Source: Candidatus Thorarchaeota archaeon
Lineage (GTDB): Archaea > Asgardarchaeota > Thorarchaeia > Thorarchaeales > Thorarchaeaceae
Direction of reading: 5' to 3'
DNA length: 46,360 bases
NCBI GenBank assembly: GCA_048882485.1
Contig: JBHLRP010000026.1
Span: 1-46,360, forward strand
In this document: positions 1 through 9,223 of the stretch, piece after piece
How positions within the stretch are numbered: the stretch's first letter is position 1
Layout of the letters: each line of letters opens with the position of its first letter
The notes under the pieces: generated by a model
Seen by the model: the letters and a program-made list of their open reading frames with translations, nothing else
Databases searched by the model: none
Told to the model about the DNA's origin: nothing
Program-made: the position numbers and the translations under genes

Positions 1-23
1 AAAACCAGCGTCTTAAGAAGAAG

Positions 24-132
24 TGGAGCCCCAGGCGAGATTCGAACTCGCGACCTGCTGATTACAAGTCAGCCGCATTAGCTGTTAAGGTGATCAATCA
101 CAATCACTATAGCCGGGCTATGCTACTGGGGC
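24..132 (-). tRNA. tRNA-Thr(TGT) with ~31-nt intron in the D-arm (~79..109); CCA encoded
   Basis: Reverse complement folds: acceptor GCCCCAG/CTGGGGC, anticodon arm GCTGA-CTTGTAA-TCAGC, T-loop TTCGAAT, 3' TCCA. Extra ~31 nt between the D-loop GG and the 3' D-stem ATGC; exact junctions ambiguous. Confidence 0.93.
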
Positions 133-160
133 ATTGCTGAGTCCGTGGAACAGCATATTT

Positions 161-170
161 GTTTTAAAAG
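161..170 (-). promoter_or_regulatory. Putative TATA box of tRNA-Thr (CTTTTAAAAC)
   Basis: AT-rich box ~30 nt upstream of the tRNA 5' end. Confidence 0.5.
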
Positions 171-1736
171 CTACTCTTGCGAACCACTAACTCTGAGTGA
201 CTTGGAATGTAAGTTGGATTCAATGGATTCCCAACTCATATCAAGTTGTTTCATAAGCCAGTGAGTCCCATTATGGCATCTTACACATAGCATAACCCAC
301 TCATTTGCGTCCGCATAACTTACAAACTTGCGTGTCCATGTAGATTTTCTATGATGCTTAGTACCGTCTTTTCTATGCAGAATAAGCTTTGAGTCATCAG
401 CATGTCGACCACAGATTCCACATTCATCTCCAAATATGTCGAATCTAAGTTGTCTAATCTCACCCTTCCTTATTCTGAACTCTATTTCACTACTATAGTC
501 TGTGAGAGATTTGTTGGAATCAATCTGACGACTATTAGCATTGATATCTCGATTTGCCAATCTTTCAATTACATCCCATTCCATGGCAAGGAACTTCATC
601 GCCCAATGTGTTGCATGGTGACAATGCGGGCAGAGAAGAGACCAATCACTATAATTTAGGGTCTTCAGGATTTCAGGATTCCAAAGATCTTCCGTGGTGT
701 GTGGTGTTCCATCTTTTCGGTGAACCGAGAGCATCCTTTTTTCACTTGATGCGTTACAGATGTTACACTCAGTTCCAAAAACCTTCTCTCTAAGCATCCT
801 GCCCTCTATTCTGTACGCGTTGCTACCATGCTTATTTCTTGATGAACTTGTTCCACTGAGCTCATATCCAGTATCCCAATCAACATCTTTGATTAGTTTC
901 TCTATCCTTCCACATGAAACTCCAACTCTCCTAGCAATCTCGATTGTATCCAGCTCGTCTATGAAACGAAGCTGGAGGACTTCATCTATGTCCAGAATTG
1001 CTCCTCTAGGGCCCGCTCTCCATCCAAGCTCCTTGAATTTCCGCCGAATATATTTCAGAGAGAATCCCAAATGGTCTGCAACTGCTTGCTGCGACATTCC
1101 ATCCTCATAGTAAAGCTGGTGCAATTCATCAACATCAATTGAAACACTCTCGGATCCCTTTCTTTTCCATCCGAGTTCCCTCATTCTATCAGAAATCATA
1201 GACTGACTCACTCCAAGTTTCTCGGCGACAGCATCTTGTGACAGCCCTTCTATGCAATACAGCCGATGAGCGGTTTCTAAATCAATATCCATTTGTCTAG
1301 ATTTCCGAGTGTAATTGGACCCACGGTGTTCTCGCAGGGTCTTGTAGATGTATGATCTTGAAACACCCAACTTCGTTGCGATTTCCTGCTGAGTCATCTG
1401 TTCTTTATCATATAGCCTACAAACTTCATCAGGGTCTATTATCTTCTCAACATGCCGTCCTGTCCAGCCCATCTTCCTGAATACATTCTGAACTTTCCCC
1501 CTAGACAACCCGAGCGCGTCTGCCACCTCTCTCTGAGTCAATCCTCCCTCATAATACAATTCGTGAATTCTATCAGCTAAATCTTCACTCGGGTTTGCTT
1601 CTAAATCTGCAATCAGCCTCTGGACAACGATGTCGCATTCCCTTGGAGTCCAGCGTCTTTTTCCAATTACACTTATGATGTCGTCGAAGTCTTCCAACTC
1701 CTCCTCATAAATCTCCCAATTCTCGATTTCCCTCAT
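171..1736 (-). CDS. Protein with five tandem HTH repeats and two C-terminal HNH-like Zn-binding domains
   Basis: Five LY-x4-(T/S)Q-x2-(V/I)A-x2-LGxS-like repeats; two C-x2-C...HRKDG...LC-x2-CH-x3-H modules. Confidence 0.75.
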   Translation of the reverse strand: MREIENWEIYEEELEDFDDIISVIGKRRWTPRECDIVVQRLIADLEANPSEDLADRIHELYYEGGLTQREVADALGLSRGKVQNVFRKMGWTGRHVEKIIDPDEVCRLYDKEQMTQQEIATKLGVSRSYIYKTLREHRGSNYTRKSRQMDIDLETAHRLYCIEGLSQDAVAEKLGVSQSMISDRMRELGWKRKGSESVSIDVDELHQLYYEDGMSQQAVADHLGFSLKYIRRKFKELGWRAGPRGAILDIDEVLQLRFIDELDTIEIARRVGVSCGRIEKLIKDVDWDTGYELSGTSSSRNKHGSNAYRIEGRMLREKVFGTECNICNASSEKRMLSVHRKDGTPHTTEDLWNPEILKTLNYSDWSLLCPHCHHATHWAMKFLAMEWDVIERLANRDINANSRQIDSNKSLTDYSSEIEFRIRKGEIRQLRFDIFGDECGICGRHADDSKLILHRKDGTKHHRKSTWTRKFVSYADANEWVMLCVRCHNGTHWLMKQLDMSWESIESNLHSKSLRVSGSQE

Positions 1737-1997
1737 AGTATCTCCTCCTCTAATTCAGATATGAAGTCCTATTTTACAATTCCAGTCTTCATATCCATGG
1801 TATTAGGAGAAACTCCCATATTGTATACATAAGGCTACGGAAGTTCAAAGTGACGATTTTCATGCCTCACTGTGGGAATTTTGTACCATTAGATTCTATA
1901 AGGTATGATAATCGCACCAAAATCCGCCACGTCTGCTGCGCTGGGAGAAGAGTATAACTATCTGCTTGGACAATCCTCGTCCACTGGAGACTACATA

Positions 1998-3233
1998 GTG
2001 TCGATTGAAACTCAAAGACTTCAATATGTTGACAAGCTGAGGCTTATTGGCCGAGATGCCCGTCTGACCATTATAGCTTGGGCATTCTGGGCCTTTGGCT
2101 ATGGTATCAATGACGTGCTTTTCAATCTCTACCTACTCGAGGCGGGATTCGGAGAAGACTTTCTTGGCATGTTCCTGTCAATCTCCATATTCTTGTCAGG
2201 CGGACTTGCAATTCTAGCTGGAATGGTAGCAGATAGACATTCTCGGAAGAAGATTCTCCTTGTAGGATACATTGCTGTCTTCATTGGCACTTACATGCAG
2301 TACTCCACACTCTTTCCACCCCTTCTCTTGCTCTCCCAGATTCTCTACGGTGTTGGCTATGGTTTCACCGGAGTATGTTGGCAACCATATACAGTAAGTA
2401 TCACAACCCAGGAAGAACGAGTTCATGTGTTTAGTGTTCGTTTTGCTTTCTTTCTGCTTGCTAGTCTATTGGGTTCATTGACCGGCGGTTTCTTACCAAC
2501 CATTTGGACCAATCTGGGCATTGCGGTTGATCTACTGACAGCCTACAGATTCTCACTCTGGATAGCCCTGATTCCTCTAGCGCTAGCAGTTCTAACGATA
2601 GTACCTATGAGAAACGATGATGTTCCACAACAGAGAGGGAGTTTCAACTTTGGCAACGTAAGAAATCGAGGATTCATCGGAAGATATGCCCTAGCTTGGA
2701 CAATATCTGGTCTTGGTGCTGGCTTGTTTATTCAATTTTTCAACGTGTTCTTCAGTCTAGCCTTTCAAGCTGATGCTACCACTATCGGTATTATATTTGC
2801 CATCAATACAGTGGTTTTGGCAGGTGGTAACTTTGCTTCACCGGCAATTGTAGATCGTTTTGGCAAGCTTGGTACTATAATCTGGTCCCAAGTCCTATCT
2901 ATTCCATTTTTCCTGATACTCTCTTGGTCACCAGTGCTTTACATAGCAATCGTTGGATTTGTGGGACGTGCATTGTTCATGAATATTGCCTGGCCGGTGA
3001 TGGATGTCTTCTATATGGAGGGCTGTTCGCAGGAGGAACGCTCAACAGCAATGGGAGTAATTAACACGGGCGACTCGATTGCTCGAGGAATCGGTCTGAA
3101 TATTGGTGGTTGGCTTCTGGCTATGGGTTTCTTGAGAGTGCCATTTCTAATAGCCGTGATATTCTATGGATTGAGCATAGTTCTGTTCTACGTCTTCTTC
3201 GGACGGGACGAATCAGTCCAACCCGACTCGTGA
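1998..3233 (+). CDS. MFS transporter (probable GTG start at 1998)
   Basis: About 12 hydrophobic segments, motif A GMVADRHSRKK and IVDRFGK; GGAG upstream of the GTG. Confidence 0.85.
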   Translation: MSIETQRLQYVDKLRLIGRDARLTIIAWAFWAFGYGINDVLFNLYLLEAGFGEDFLGMFLSISIFLSGGLAILAGMVADRHSRKKILLVGYIAVFIGTYMQYSTLFPPLLLLSQILYGVGYGFTGVCWQPYTVSITTQEERVHVFSVRFAFFLLASLLGSLTGGFLPTIWTNLGIAVDLLTAYRFSLWIALIPLALAVLTIVPMRNDDVPQQRGSFNFGNVRNRGFIGRYALAWTISGLGAGLFIQFFNVFFSLAFQADATTIGIIFAINTVVLAGGNFASPAIVDRFGKLGTIIWSQVLSIPFFLILSWSPVLYIAIVGFVGRALFMNIAWPVMDVFYMEGCSQEERSTAMGVINTGDSIARGIGLNIGGWLLAMGFLRVPFLIAVIFYGLSIVLFYVFFGRDESVQPDS

Positions 3234-3256
3234 CTTCCAAATTTCCTGAGTTCAAT

Positions 3257-3799
3257 CTACTTGTCATGATAGACGTTGTCTATTATGATGGCATATGACA
3301 AGAGCATCAACCGATCAGCTTCTAGGTCTTCAATCTTAATCACATATCGGTCCTTGAAGTTGAACGCTGGTGCAAAGACATCACGCCACCTGTCTGCCTT
3401 CTTGATTTCTGCATAGACCTTCTTCTTGTCTTTCGGGTCTGTGATTTGAAAGTTCCACTTCGTTACACCACCCTGAGCTTTGTAGATATGCTCTTCTTGA
3501 GGTGTATAGAAATCGACTGAGCCACGGAATGCGATCATGGGTCTCTTACCCCTACCCACCAGACTCCCATCAGGACGCTTGACCTCATAGATGGGTCTGG
3601 CAGCCATCAGCTTCTTGTTGATGGTACAGAGCAGGGTGCCGTCAGGATCGAGGAGTGATATCTCAGCTCGCATCGACAGGAGTTTCCTTTTCATGGAACC
3701 AACCTGGATCCCTTCCTGATCGTAGATTTCACCACCGCCAAACTTCCAAGCTTTCTCATGGAGTACGTAGAATGTAATTGTTGGATCGAGAAGACTCAT
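3257..3799 (-). CDS. LURP-one/Tubby-like (scramblase-related) protein
   Basis: Repeated 'IYDQEG..VGSMKRKLLS' / 'YEVKRPDGSLVG' beta-hairpins and C-terminal 'DRY.I...LLSYAIIID'; likely ATG at 3799. Confidence 0.7.
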   Translation of the reverse strand: MSLLDPTITFYVLHEKAWKFGGGEIYDQEGIQVGSMKRKLLSMRAEISLLDPDGTLLCTINKKLMAARPIYEVKRPDGSLVGRGKRPMIAFRGSVDFYTPQEEHIYKAQGGVTKWNFQITDPKDKKKVYAEIKKADRWRDVFAPAFNFKDRYVIKIEDLEADRLMLLSYAIIIDNVYHDK

Positions 3800-4124
3800 C
3801 AAAATCACCTTGACCCATGTATCCGCGGCATTTGATTTAAGCAAATGTCGGTTGAAATCTGCCGTAATTCGCCATTTTCTGGTACAGTATTGTATCCCAC
3901 TTTCCACTTAGCTCAAAAAATCAAGCGAGAATGCCTTTCCAATGCACGTCCATCACGGACATGTTTATGAGGCAACAATCTCATAAAATCCTGTCCGGAA
4001 GGCTCCAATTCTTGCACTTCCTTATGACACGTACGTGATACAAAGGAACAAGACCCACAAGAAAAGTAAAATAACCGCAAGAAGTTGATGCCAATACGCC
4101 TCGACGTACTATAGGTGATGCCAG

Positions 4125-5144
4125 TTGCAATTCGCACAACCAGAATATATGGACACATTCTTCCAGTACATTTTCGGCTTCTTTGATCAACTCTTCTCAA
4201 CACCTCTCCAGCCATGGATTCCATGGGGTCCAGGAGACTGGTACTTTACAATCTCGACCACATTCTTTGTTGTTATGATTCTGTTCTTAGTACGTCGACT
4301 ACGAAAGAGCGGAAGTGGCTCAATAGCTGATGGTGTGCGAAGAATCATTGCATCAACCGGTGATGTATCCGCAGGTATGGCAGGGGCCAAGAAGGTCGAC
4401 TTCATTTCAAAGGACCCCTCTGACGCTCTAGTATTCCTCAAAATCGAGGAGAATGCAATACAGCAAGCCCTCACAGCAGCTGATTACTTTGCTGAAAAGG
4501 GCGAGATAAGCGATTCCATCAAGCTTAAGCTTGCAGCCCTCTATCAGCATCGACTTGAGGTTGTTCGTCAAGCAATCTCATCAGATGAGCAACTCAAGTC
4601 AATTGTCGCCACCTCCGATGAAATTGGCAAGGCACGATCAGACTATCTCAGAAAACTAGCAGCAATGTCTGGTACTGCAGTCGAAGCTGAGGCTGATGCA
4701 GGCCCTCCAAGTGTTGGGATGCCCACAGCAGTTCCAGCCGCAGCGGCGCCTCCTGCTCAAGCTCCTGCTGCAGCACCTCCGAGTGCCGGTCCACCCAGTG
4801 GTCCTCCCGCAGGTGGCCCTCCAAGCGGCGGCCCACCAAGTGGTGGTCCTCCATCGGGCGGCCCTCCCGCAGGTGGTCCTCCAGGTGGTGCAGCTCCGGC
4901 AGCTGGTCCCCCAAGCGGTGCAGCTCCGGCAGCTGGCCCTCCAGGTGGTGCAGCTCCGGCAGCAGCTCCTCCAAGCGGCGCAGCTCCAACAGCTACCCCA
5001 CCAGGCGGCGCAGCTCCGGGCGGAGCTCCTCCAGGTGGAGCAGCGCCAAGCGCGGACGCTCCAGCAGCAGGCGGCAAAAGTTCACTACAATCCGAGATGC
5101 TCCGGGAGATGGAGCGTCTAAAGGCATTGATGGGCGGGGATTAG
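4125..5144 (+). CDS. Single-pass membrane protein with helical domain, Gly/Pro/Ala-rich repeat linker and C-terminal amphipathic helix
   Basis: TM segment YFTISTTFFVVMILFLV followed by RRLRK; GGPPS and GGAAPAAGPP repeats; GGTGA SD before the TTG start. Confidence 0.8.
   Translation: MQFAQPEYMDTFFQYIFGFFDQLFSTPLQPWIPWGPGDWYFTISTTFFVVMILFLVRRLRKSGSGSIADGVRRIIASTGDVSAGMAGAKKVDFISKDPSDALVFLKIEENAIQQALTAADYFAEKGEISDSIKLKLAALYQHRLEVVRQAISSDEQLKSIVATSDEIGKARSDYLRKLAAMSGTAVEAEADAGPPSVGMPTAVPAAAAPPAQAPAAAPPSAGPPSGPPAGGPPSGGPPSGGPPSGGPPAGGPPGGAAPAAGPPSGAAPAAGPPGGAAPAAAPPSGAAPTATPPGGAAPGGAPPGGAAPSADAPAAGGKSSLQSEMLREMERLKALMGGD
4780..5050 (+). repeat. Intragenic tandem repeats: 15-bp units (GGPPS/A), then 30-bp units (GGAAPAAGPP)
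   Basis: Recurrent ggtggtcctcca / ggcggcccacca and ggtgcagctccggcagctgg units with synonymous variation. Confidence 0.85.
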
Positions 5145-5254
5145 TCCTCTCCCTATTGCATTTCTTTTCTACAACTAGTAGAAACTAGGTATCTCGGAAG
5201 CCTTTTTGGGGAGCCCGACTGGCTGTTGAAACATTCCTCCATGGAGACCGTGAC

Positions 5255-5935
5255 ATGTCAAACGCCAAACTGAATGCAGCTAAAAGTGCGGCTAAGCAGA
5301 TACCAAAAAGCGGTGCAATAGGACTTGGGAGTGGCTCTACAGTTGCCATATTTGCCGAAGAACTAGGAAAGAGAATAGCCGCAAAGAAGGTGAACGTCAG
5401 AGTTGTTCCTAGCTCATACCAAGCATATCAGATAGCGGTTGAGTTTAAGATTCCGCTCACGAATCTTGACTTGGACCCTGAGCTTGAACTGACAGTGGAT
5501 GGTGCTGATGAAGTTGACAAGGATCTCAACCTGACAAAGGGCGGTGGAGGAGCCCTGTTCCAGGAGAAAGTTGTCGCCTCGGCATCAAAGAAACTAATCA
5601 TAATTGTAGACGAGTCCAAGATCGTGGACAAGTTGGCCAGTCGATTCGAGATTCCCATCGAAGTGTTGCCGTTTTCCCTTGGTGTTGTCCTGAGGAAGGT
5701 TCAGGCAATGGGTATTGCACCCACTGTGAGACAGGCCCAGAAGAAGATGGGTCCTGTCGTGACCGACAATGGCAACTTCATTCTTGACCTCAAATTTCCA
5801 GAGCCACTCAGTGACCCCGCGAAGACTGCGATTGACCTGAAGATGATTCCGGGGGTGGTTGAAACCGGCCTGTTCATTGGTATGACTGATGAGGTCCATG
5901 TGGGCAAAGAGGACGGAGTCTACGTCTTGAGGTAG
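5255..5935 (+). CDS. rpiA: Ribose-5-phosphate isomerase A
   Basis: GLGSGST, DGADEVD, KGGGGAL..EK, VVTDNGNFILD and IPGVVETGLF motifs. Confidence 0.97.
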   Translation: MSNAKLNAAKSAAKQIPKSGAIGLGSGSTVAIFAEELGKRIAAKKVNVRVVPSSYQAYQIAVEFKIPLTNLDLDPELELTVDGADEVDKDLNLTKGGGGALFQEKVVASASKKLIIIVDESKIVDKLASRFEIPIEVLPFSLGVVLRKVQAMGIAPTVRQAQKKMGPVVTDNGNFILDLKFPEPLSDPAKTAIDLKMIPGVVETGLFIGMTDEVHVGKEDGVYVLR

Positions 5936-5937
5936 GT

Positions 5938-7044
5938 CTACTGATACATCGACCAGAATCTACGAAACTTCTCCGTATATGAAAGCACATCCGTTGAGTC
6001 AACATACTGGTCAATGCCACCCAGATATTTTGGCAGTCGTTTCACCTCATCATCCTCAATCTTTGCATGTATCGCGTCGGCAAAATCATCAGCCTGAATT
6101 ATCATGAATGGACGATTGTGAAACCGCGAAACCTGAGTTTTCAGAGGTTCAGTGATTCCAAGCTCATTATGCATCTTGGCTATTTGCTCATAGGCCTTTG
6201 TCAAATGGTCCTGTCGTGCTCTCCAGGTTTTGGTATCCATAATCTGTATGAAGACTGGCGTGAGAGCTTGCGCAATCTTCAACTTGCAAAAAGCTGTGCC
6301 AAACCACTTGATGTAAGGCGCATACTTCCGTTCCATCAAGAAGCAGAGCCTCATTATGTCGCGAATCAATCGTGTGGCAACAATCCGCGATCCTAGTTCA
6401 TCGCCAACCTGGCCACATCGTCCCATAAAGGCCTCTTCCTGAGCTATCCTTTCCCATTGATTTGACAACAGATACAACCACAGATCATGGGGATAGTATT
6501 CTAACTTAGCCACTATGGGTTCCAGCTTTCCTAGCCCATCATGAAAGACTCGTCCATTTGCGATGCTCAGAAGCATCTGTTGTGGGAGCACAAGCCAATC
6601 TATATTCCGCAGGTCCTCAGTCGGGTTGAACCCGAGGTACTCGATGAAGAATCCACTTACTGTTTTAATCTGGACTCCATGGTTGACTGGCCCATTGTCG
6701 ATGGGGGTCATATTAGTTGTACCGTCCTCATGATATCCAAAGTTAGTCGGAAATCCGCGTATCTCATATGGTAGATTCTGACGCAGGACATCGTTTACTT
6801 CTTCATTGAGAGAATCAAAGTCTGATTCAGCCAAGAATATCTGCAGTTTTGGCCCCCAGTCATGATCCATCGACTGTGGTGTATCAAATCCCAACACGTC
6901 TGATCCAGAACCTATTCTGGCTGCTGAATATACCATTTCGGGAAAGTGTTTGTCCAAGACAGGCTTCACAGCCTCCTTGTAGAAGGCTTCACTCAGGTCT
7001 AGCCCGGGTAAGAAATCATAGGGCGGGTGATCTTCATCACTCAT
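5938..7044 (-). CDS. DUF4037-family nucleotidyltransferase-like protein (start at MSDED, 7044)
   Basis: GSGSDVLGFD...DHDWGP motif and YAPYxKW; the ORF-track extension to 7152 runs through a tRNA. Confidence 0.75.
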   Translation of the reverse strand: MSDEDHPPYDFLPGLDLSEAFYKEAVKPVLDKHFPEMVYSAARIGSGSDVLGFDTPQSMDHDWGPKLQIFLAESDFDSLNEEVNDVLRQNLPYEIRGFPTNFGYHEDGTTNMTPIDNGPVNHGVQIKTVSGFFIEYLGFNPTEDLRNIDWLVLPQQMLLSIANGRVFHDGLGKLEPIVAKLEYYPHDLWLYLLSNQWERIAQEEAFMGRCGQVGDELGSRIVATRLIRDIMRLCFLMERKYAPYIKWFGTAFCKLKIAQALTPVFIQIMDTKTWRARQDHLTKAYEQIAKMHNELGITEPLKTQVSRFHNRPFMIIQADDFADAIHAKIEDDEVKRLPKYLGGIDQYVDSTDVLSYTEKFRRFWSMYQ

Positions 7045-7103
7045 CCAATTATCTCCATTTCTGGCAGTAACATCATAGGATTTGGATATTGCGGAATGAG
7101 AAG

Positions 7104-7181
7104 TGGCGGGCCCGCCAGGATTTGAACCTGGGACGCCTTGCTTAGGAGGCAAGTGCCCTATCCATACTAGGCCACGGGCCC
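7104..7181 (-). tRNA. tRNA-Arg(CCT), intronless, CCA encoded
   Basis: Acceptor GGGCCCG/CGGGCCC, anticodon arm CTTGC-CTCCTAA-GCAAG, T-loop TTCAAAT, 3' GCCA. Confidence 0.95.
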
Positions 7182-7231
7182 TTGAAAGGGTTCGAGTGCT
7201 AGGTTAGTTGTTAAAGCTTTTGCAGCAAGAA

Positions 7232-8509
7232 TCACTCTGCAACCTTTGCTGTTATTTTTGCACCCTCTTCGAGCGCGTCTACAATCGACTTGCCTTGGCG
7301 TGTCTTGATACGAATAGCACTCTCCCCATTGCGACCAATGACTGTGGTTAGGAGATAGATGTCATCAGCAAATACCTCTACTCTCTGTTTTGCATACTTG
7401 CGTCCTGCAACAAGTGTCACTTTCTTTTTGCTATAGCTGACTGAAACAGGCACAGATTCTCCAGGTCTTCCACGCGAAATTCTTTCGCCTCTGAGCATGG
7501 GGGCCATAGCCCCTCTAACCGGGACTACTACTTTCTCTCCACCAAACGAGAACATTTCATACTCCAACACGCCCTGTTCGAAGTCTCGGACTTCCACCAC
7601 AGGTCTTGCAAGGTCTCTTTGAGAACTACTCATGCCGGTTGGCAGTTTCACCTTCAGCGTGAGTGAGGAAACCTTTGAAACACTACCATCTTCGATGTGA
7701 ACAACAGTGTCAACTGTGCTTGGGACCTGTCCTAGTTCGACTCTACCACCAAGTATCAACCTTTGAAGTGCATCAATTGCTGATCCTGCGTGTACAACCC
7801 CTACCATCCCAACACCTGCTGATCTGAGATCGGAATAGGCTTGGAAATCACTGTTCTTCCTGAGCTCATCATAAACAACGTAGTCGGGGCGTACTAGCAA
7901 GAGGACGTCTGCCGCCTTTTCCATGCTGCCGTCCAAAGGAGAATACTGTACTATCGCTTCTTCGACCTGTAGGTCTCTTGGCTGTTCAAGTGTCTTGACG
8001 ACATTCCCTTTGCTGCTATAGAACTCGGCTAACGCAGCTGCAAATGTACTCTTTCCAGATCCAGGCGAACCTGATATCAAAATACCCTCTGCCCTAGTTT
8101 CCAGTCTATTCATCAGTTTAGTGTTGAGCTTGTAGTCTTCAAGGCTCAGTTTTACAATGGGACGAATTGCTGAAATCTCCATCTTGTCGGCAAAGGGCCT
8201 TCGAGCGATTGCTATCCTCAAGTTCCTAAGTTGTACAACCGCCGCTCCATGTTCTTCTATCTCAATGAATGACTTTCTATCATTCTGGGCTGTTTCAATG
8301 ATAGCTTCTGCAAGCACATCCAGTTCTTCGTAAGTCAGCAACCTTTCTGAGAGTTCCACCAGCTCCCAATTCCCTGGAGCTCCTCTCTTTGCTCTTGGGG
8401 GATTGTTTTCAACTAGATGAACGCTCATAGTACGTTCATCAAAGAATGCCTCTAGTGTCAGAATTTCTTCTGCCAGTTCCTCTTCATCGTTGTACCATTC
8501 TTCGCTCAA
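7232..8509 (-). CDS. PINA/COG1855-like PilT-family ATPase lacking the N-terminal PIN domain
   Basis: FFD..TMSVHL, Walker A GSPGSGKST, KTLEQPRDLQ, LLLVRPDYVVYDELRK, GVGMVGVVHA; TTG start overlaps the upstream stop. Confidence 0.85.
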   Translation of the reverse strand: MSEEWYNDEEELAEEILTLEAFFDERTMSVHLVENNPPRAKRGAPGNWELVELSERLLTYEELDVLAEAIIETAQNDRKSFIEIEEHGAAVVQLRNLRIAIARRPFADKMEISAIRPIVKLSLEDYKLNTKLMNRLETRAEGILISGSPGSGKSTFAAALAEFYSSKGNVVKTLEQPRDLQVEEAIVQYSPLDGSMEKAADVLLLVRPDYVVYDELRKNSDFQAYSDLRSAGVGMVGVVHAGSAIDALQRLILGGRVELGQVPSTVDTVVHIEDGSVSKVSSLTLKVKLPTGMSSSQRDLARPVVEVRDFEQGVLEYEMFSFGGEKVVVPVRGAMAPMLRGERISRGRPGESVPVSVSYSKKKVTLVAGRKYAKQRVEVFADDIYLLTTVIGRNGESAIRIKTRQGKSIVDALEEGAKITAKVAE

Positions 8510-9144
8510 CTGGTTTCACCACTTCGATCTTGGAGGGTGGCTTGAGCCACTCGATAGTAATTGACTTCACCGTTTTGGTCAACTAGTCCGAATACTAGCT
8601 TCTTCCTAGAGGCTGATGCAGTTTCGGTCACCCTGTCTAAATCATGGAGAGAAATTGCTTCTCCCTCCCTCAAGACGTAAATCAACTGTTTGGCTGTTGC
8701 ATCCCCGGGTCTTTCGCCTCTAGCATAGACTCTAAAACCGATACCACCACCAAACCCCTGGCGCACAGCATAACCTCTACTTCTCAGGTCTCTAAAGACT
8801 AAATACCTAATCCAGAGGTCTGGATCAGTATCCCGAAGACCGTTCACTATGTCCTTGGCACCAATAGGATCGCCAGCAGACGTCTTGACAGTAATTCGCT
8901 TTCGCTCAAACAGATGTAGAATCTCTACTGGTTCAAGTTCCAACCTACCGTCATCAAGACGAGTGCCATAGAATCCGTGCTGGAATATTCTGTCTGCCTC
9001 TTCTTTAGCAACATACCCCTTCCCATTGGTGAAAATGGTATCAGCTGGTTCCTCTTCTTCTGGCTCTTCTACAATGTCTTCTTCCTCAAGGTCTTCTGGT
9101 TCTAGGAAATCTGGGGTTTCATTCTCATCCGACAAGTTGTTCAC
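8506..9144 (-). CDS. endA: tRNA splicing endonuclease subunit, probably the structural (non-catalytic) beta subunit; GTG start ~9144
   Basis: GFYG, LELEPVEILHL, YLVFRDLRSRGY, FRVYARGERPG, RKKLVFGLVD..GEVNYY; catalytic Tyr and His positions substituted. Confidence 0.85.
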   Translation of the reverse strand: MNNLSDENETPDFLEPEDLEEEDIVEEPEEEEPADTIFTNGKGYVAKEEADRIFQHGFYGTRLDDGRLELEPVEILHLFERKRITVKTSAGDPIGAKDIVNGLRDTDPDLWIRYLVFRDLRSRGYAVRQGFGGGIGFRVYARGERPGDATAKQLIYVLREGEAISLHDLDRVTETASASRKKLVFGLVDQNGEVNYYRVAQATLQDRSGETS

Positions 9145-9223
9145 GTCTAAGGACTCTTCCCGTTTCAGAAGGGAGAAAAGACTTTCGACAGGACATACGG
9201 TAAGAACTATAGCATAGACATCT

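Noticed and set aside
3913-4224. Minus-strand ORFs 3913..4224 and 3981..4190
   Set aside because: No recognisable motif, and they overlap the start of the 4125 gene; treated as a divergent promoter region.
4648-5121. Overlapping alternative-frame and antisense ORFs, or a CRISPR-like array, in the GC-rich repeat
   Set aside because: The repeats are codon-phased 15/30-bp units with no unique spacers; the shadow ORFs result from stop-poor GC-rich sequence.
7045-7152. N-terminal extension of the DUF4037 ORF, and ORFs 12248..12430, 12318..12584, 16759..16953, 18967..19176, 22139..22333, 43054..43269
   Set aside because: They run through tRNA genes or tRNA-derived repeats; peptides such as PGSNPG and FKSGRP are translated T-arms.
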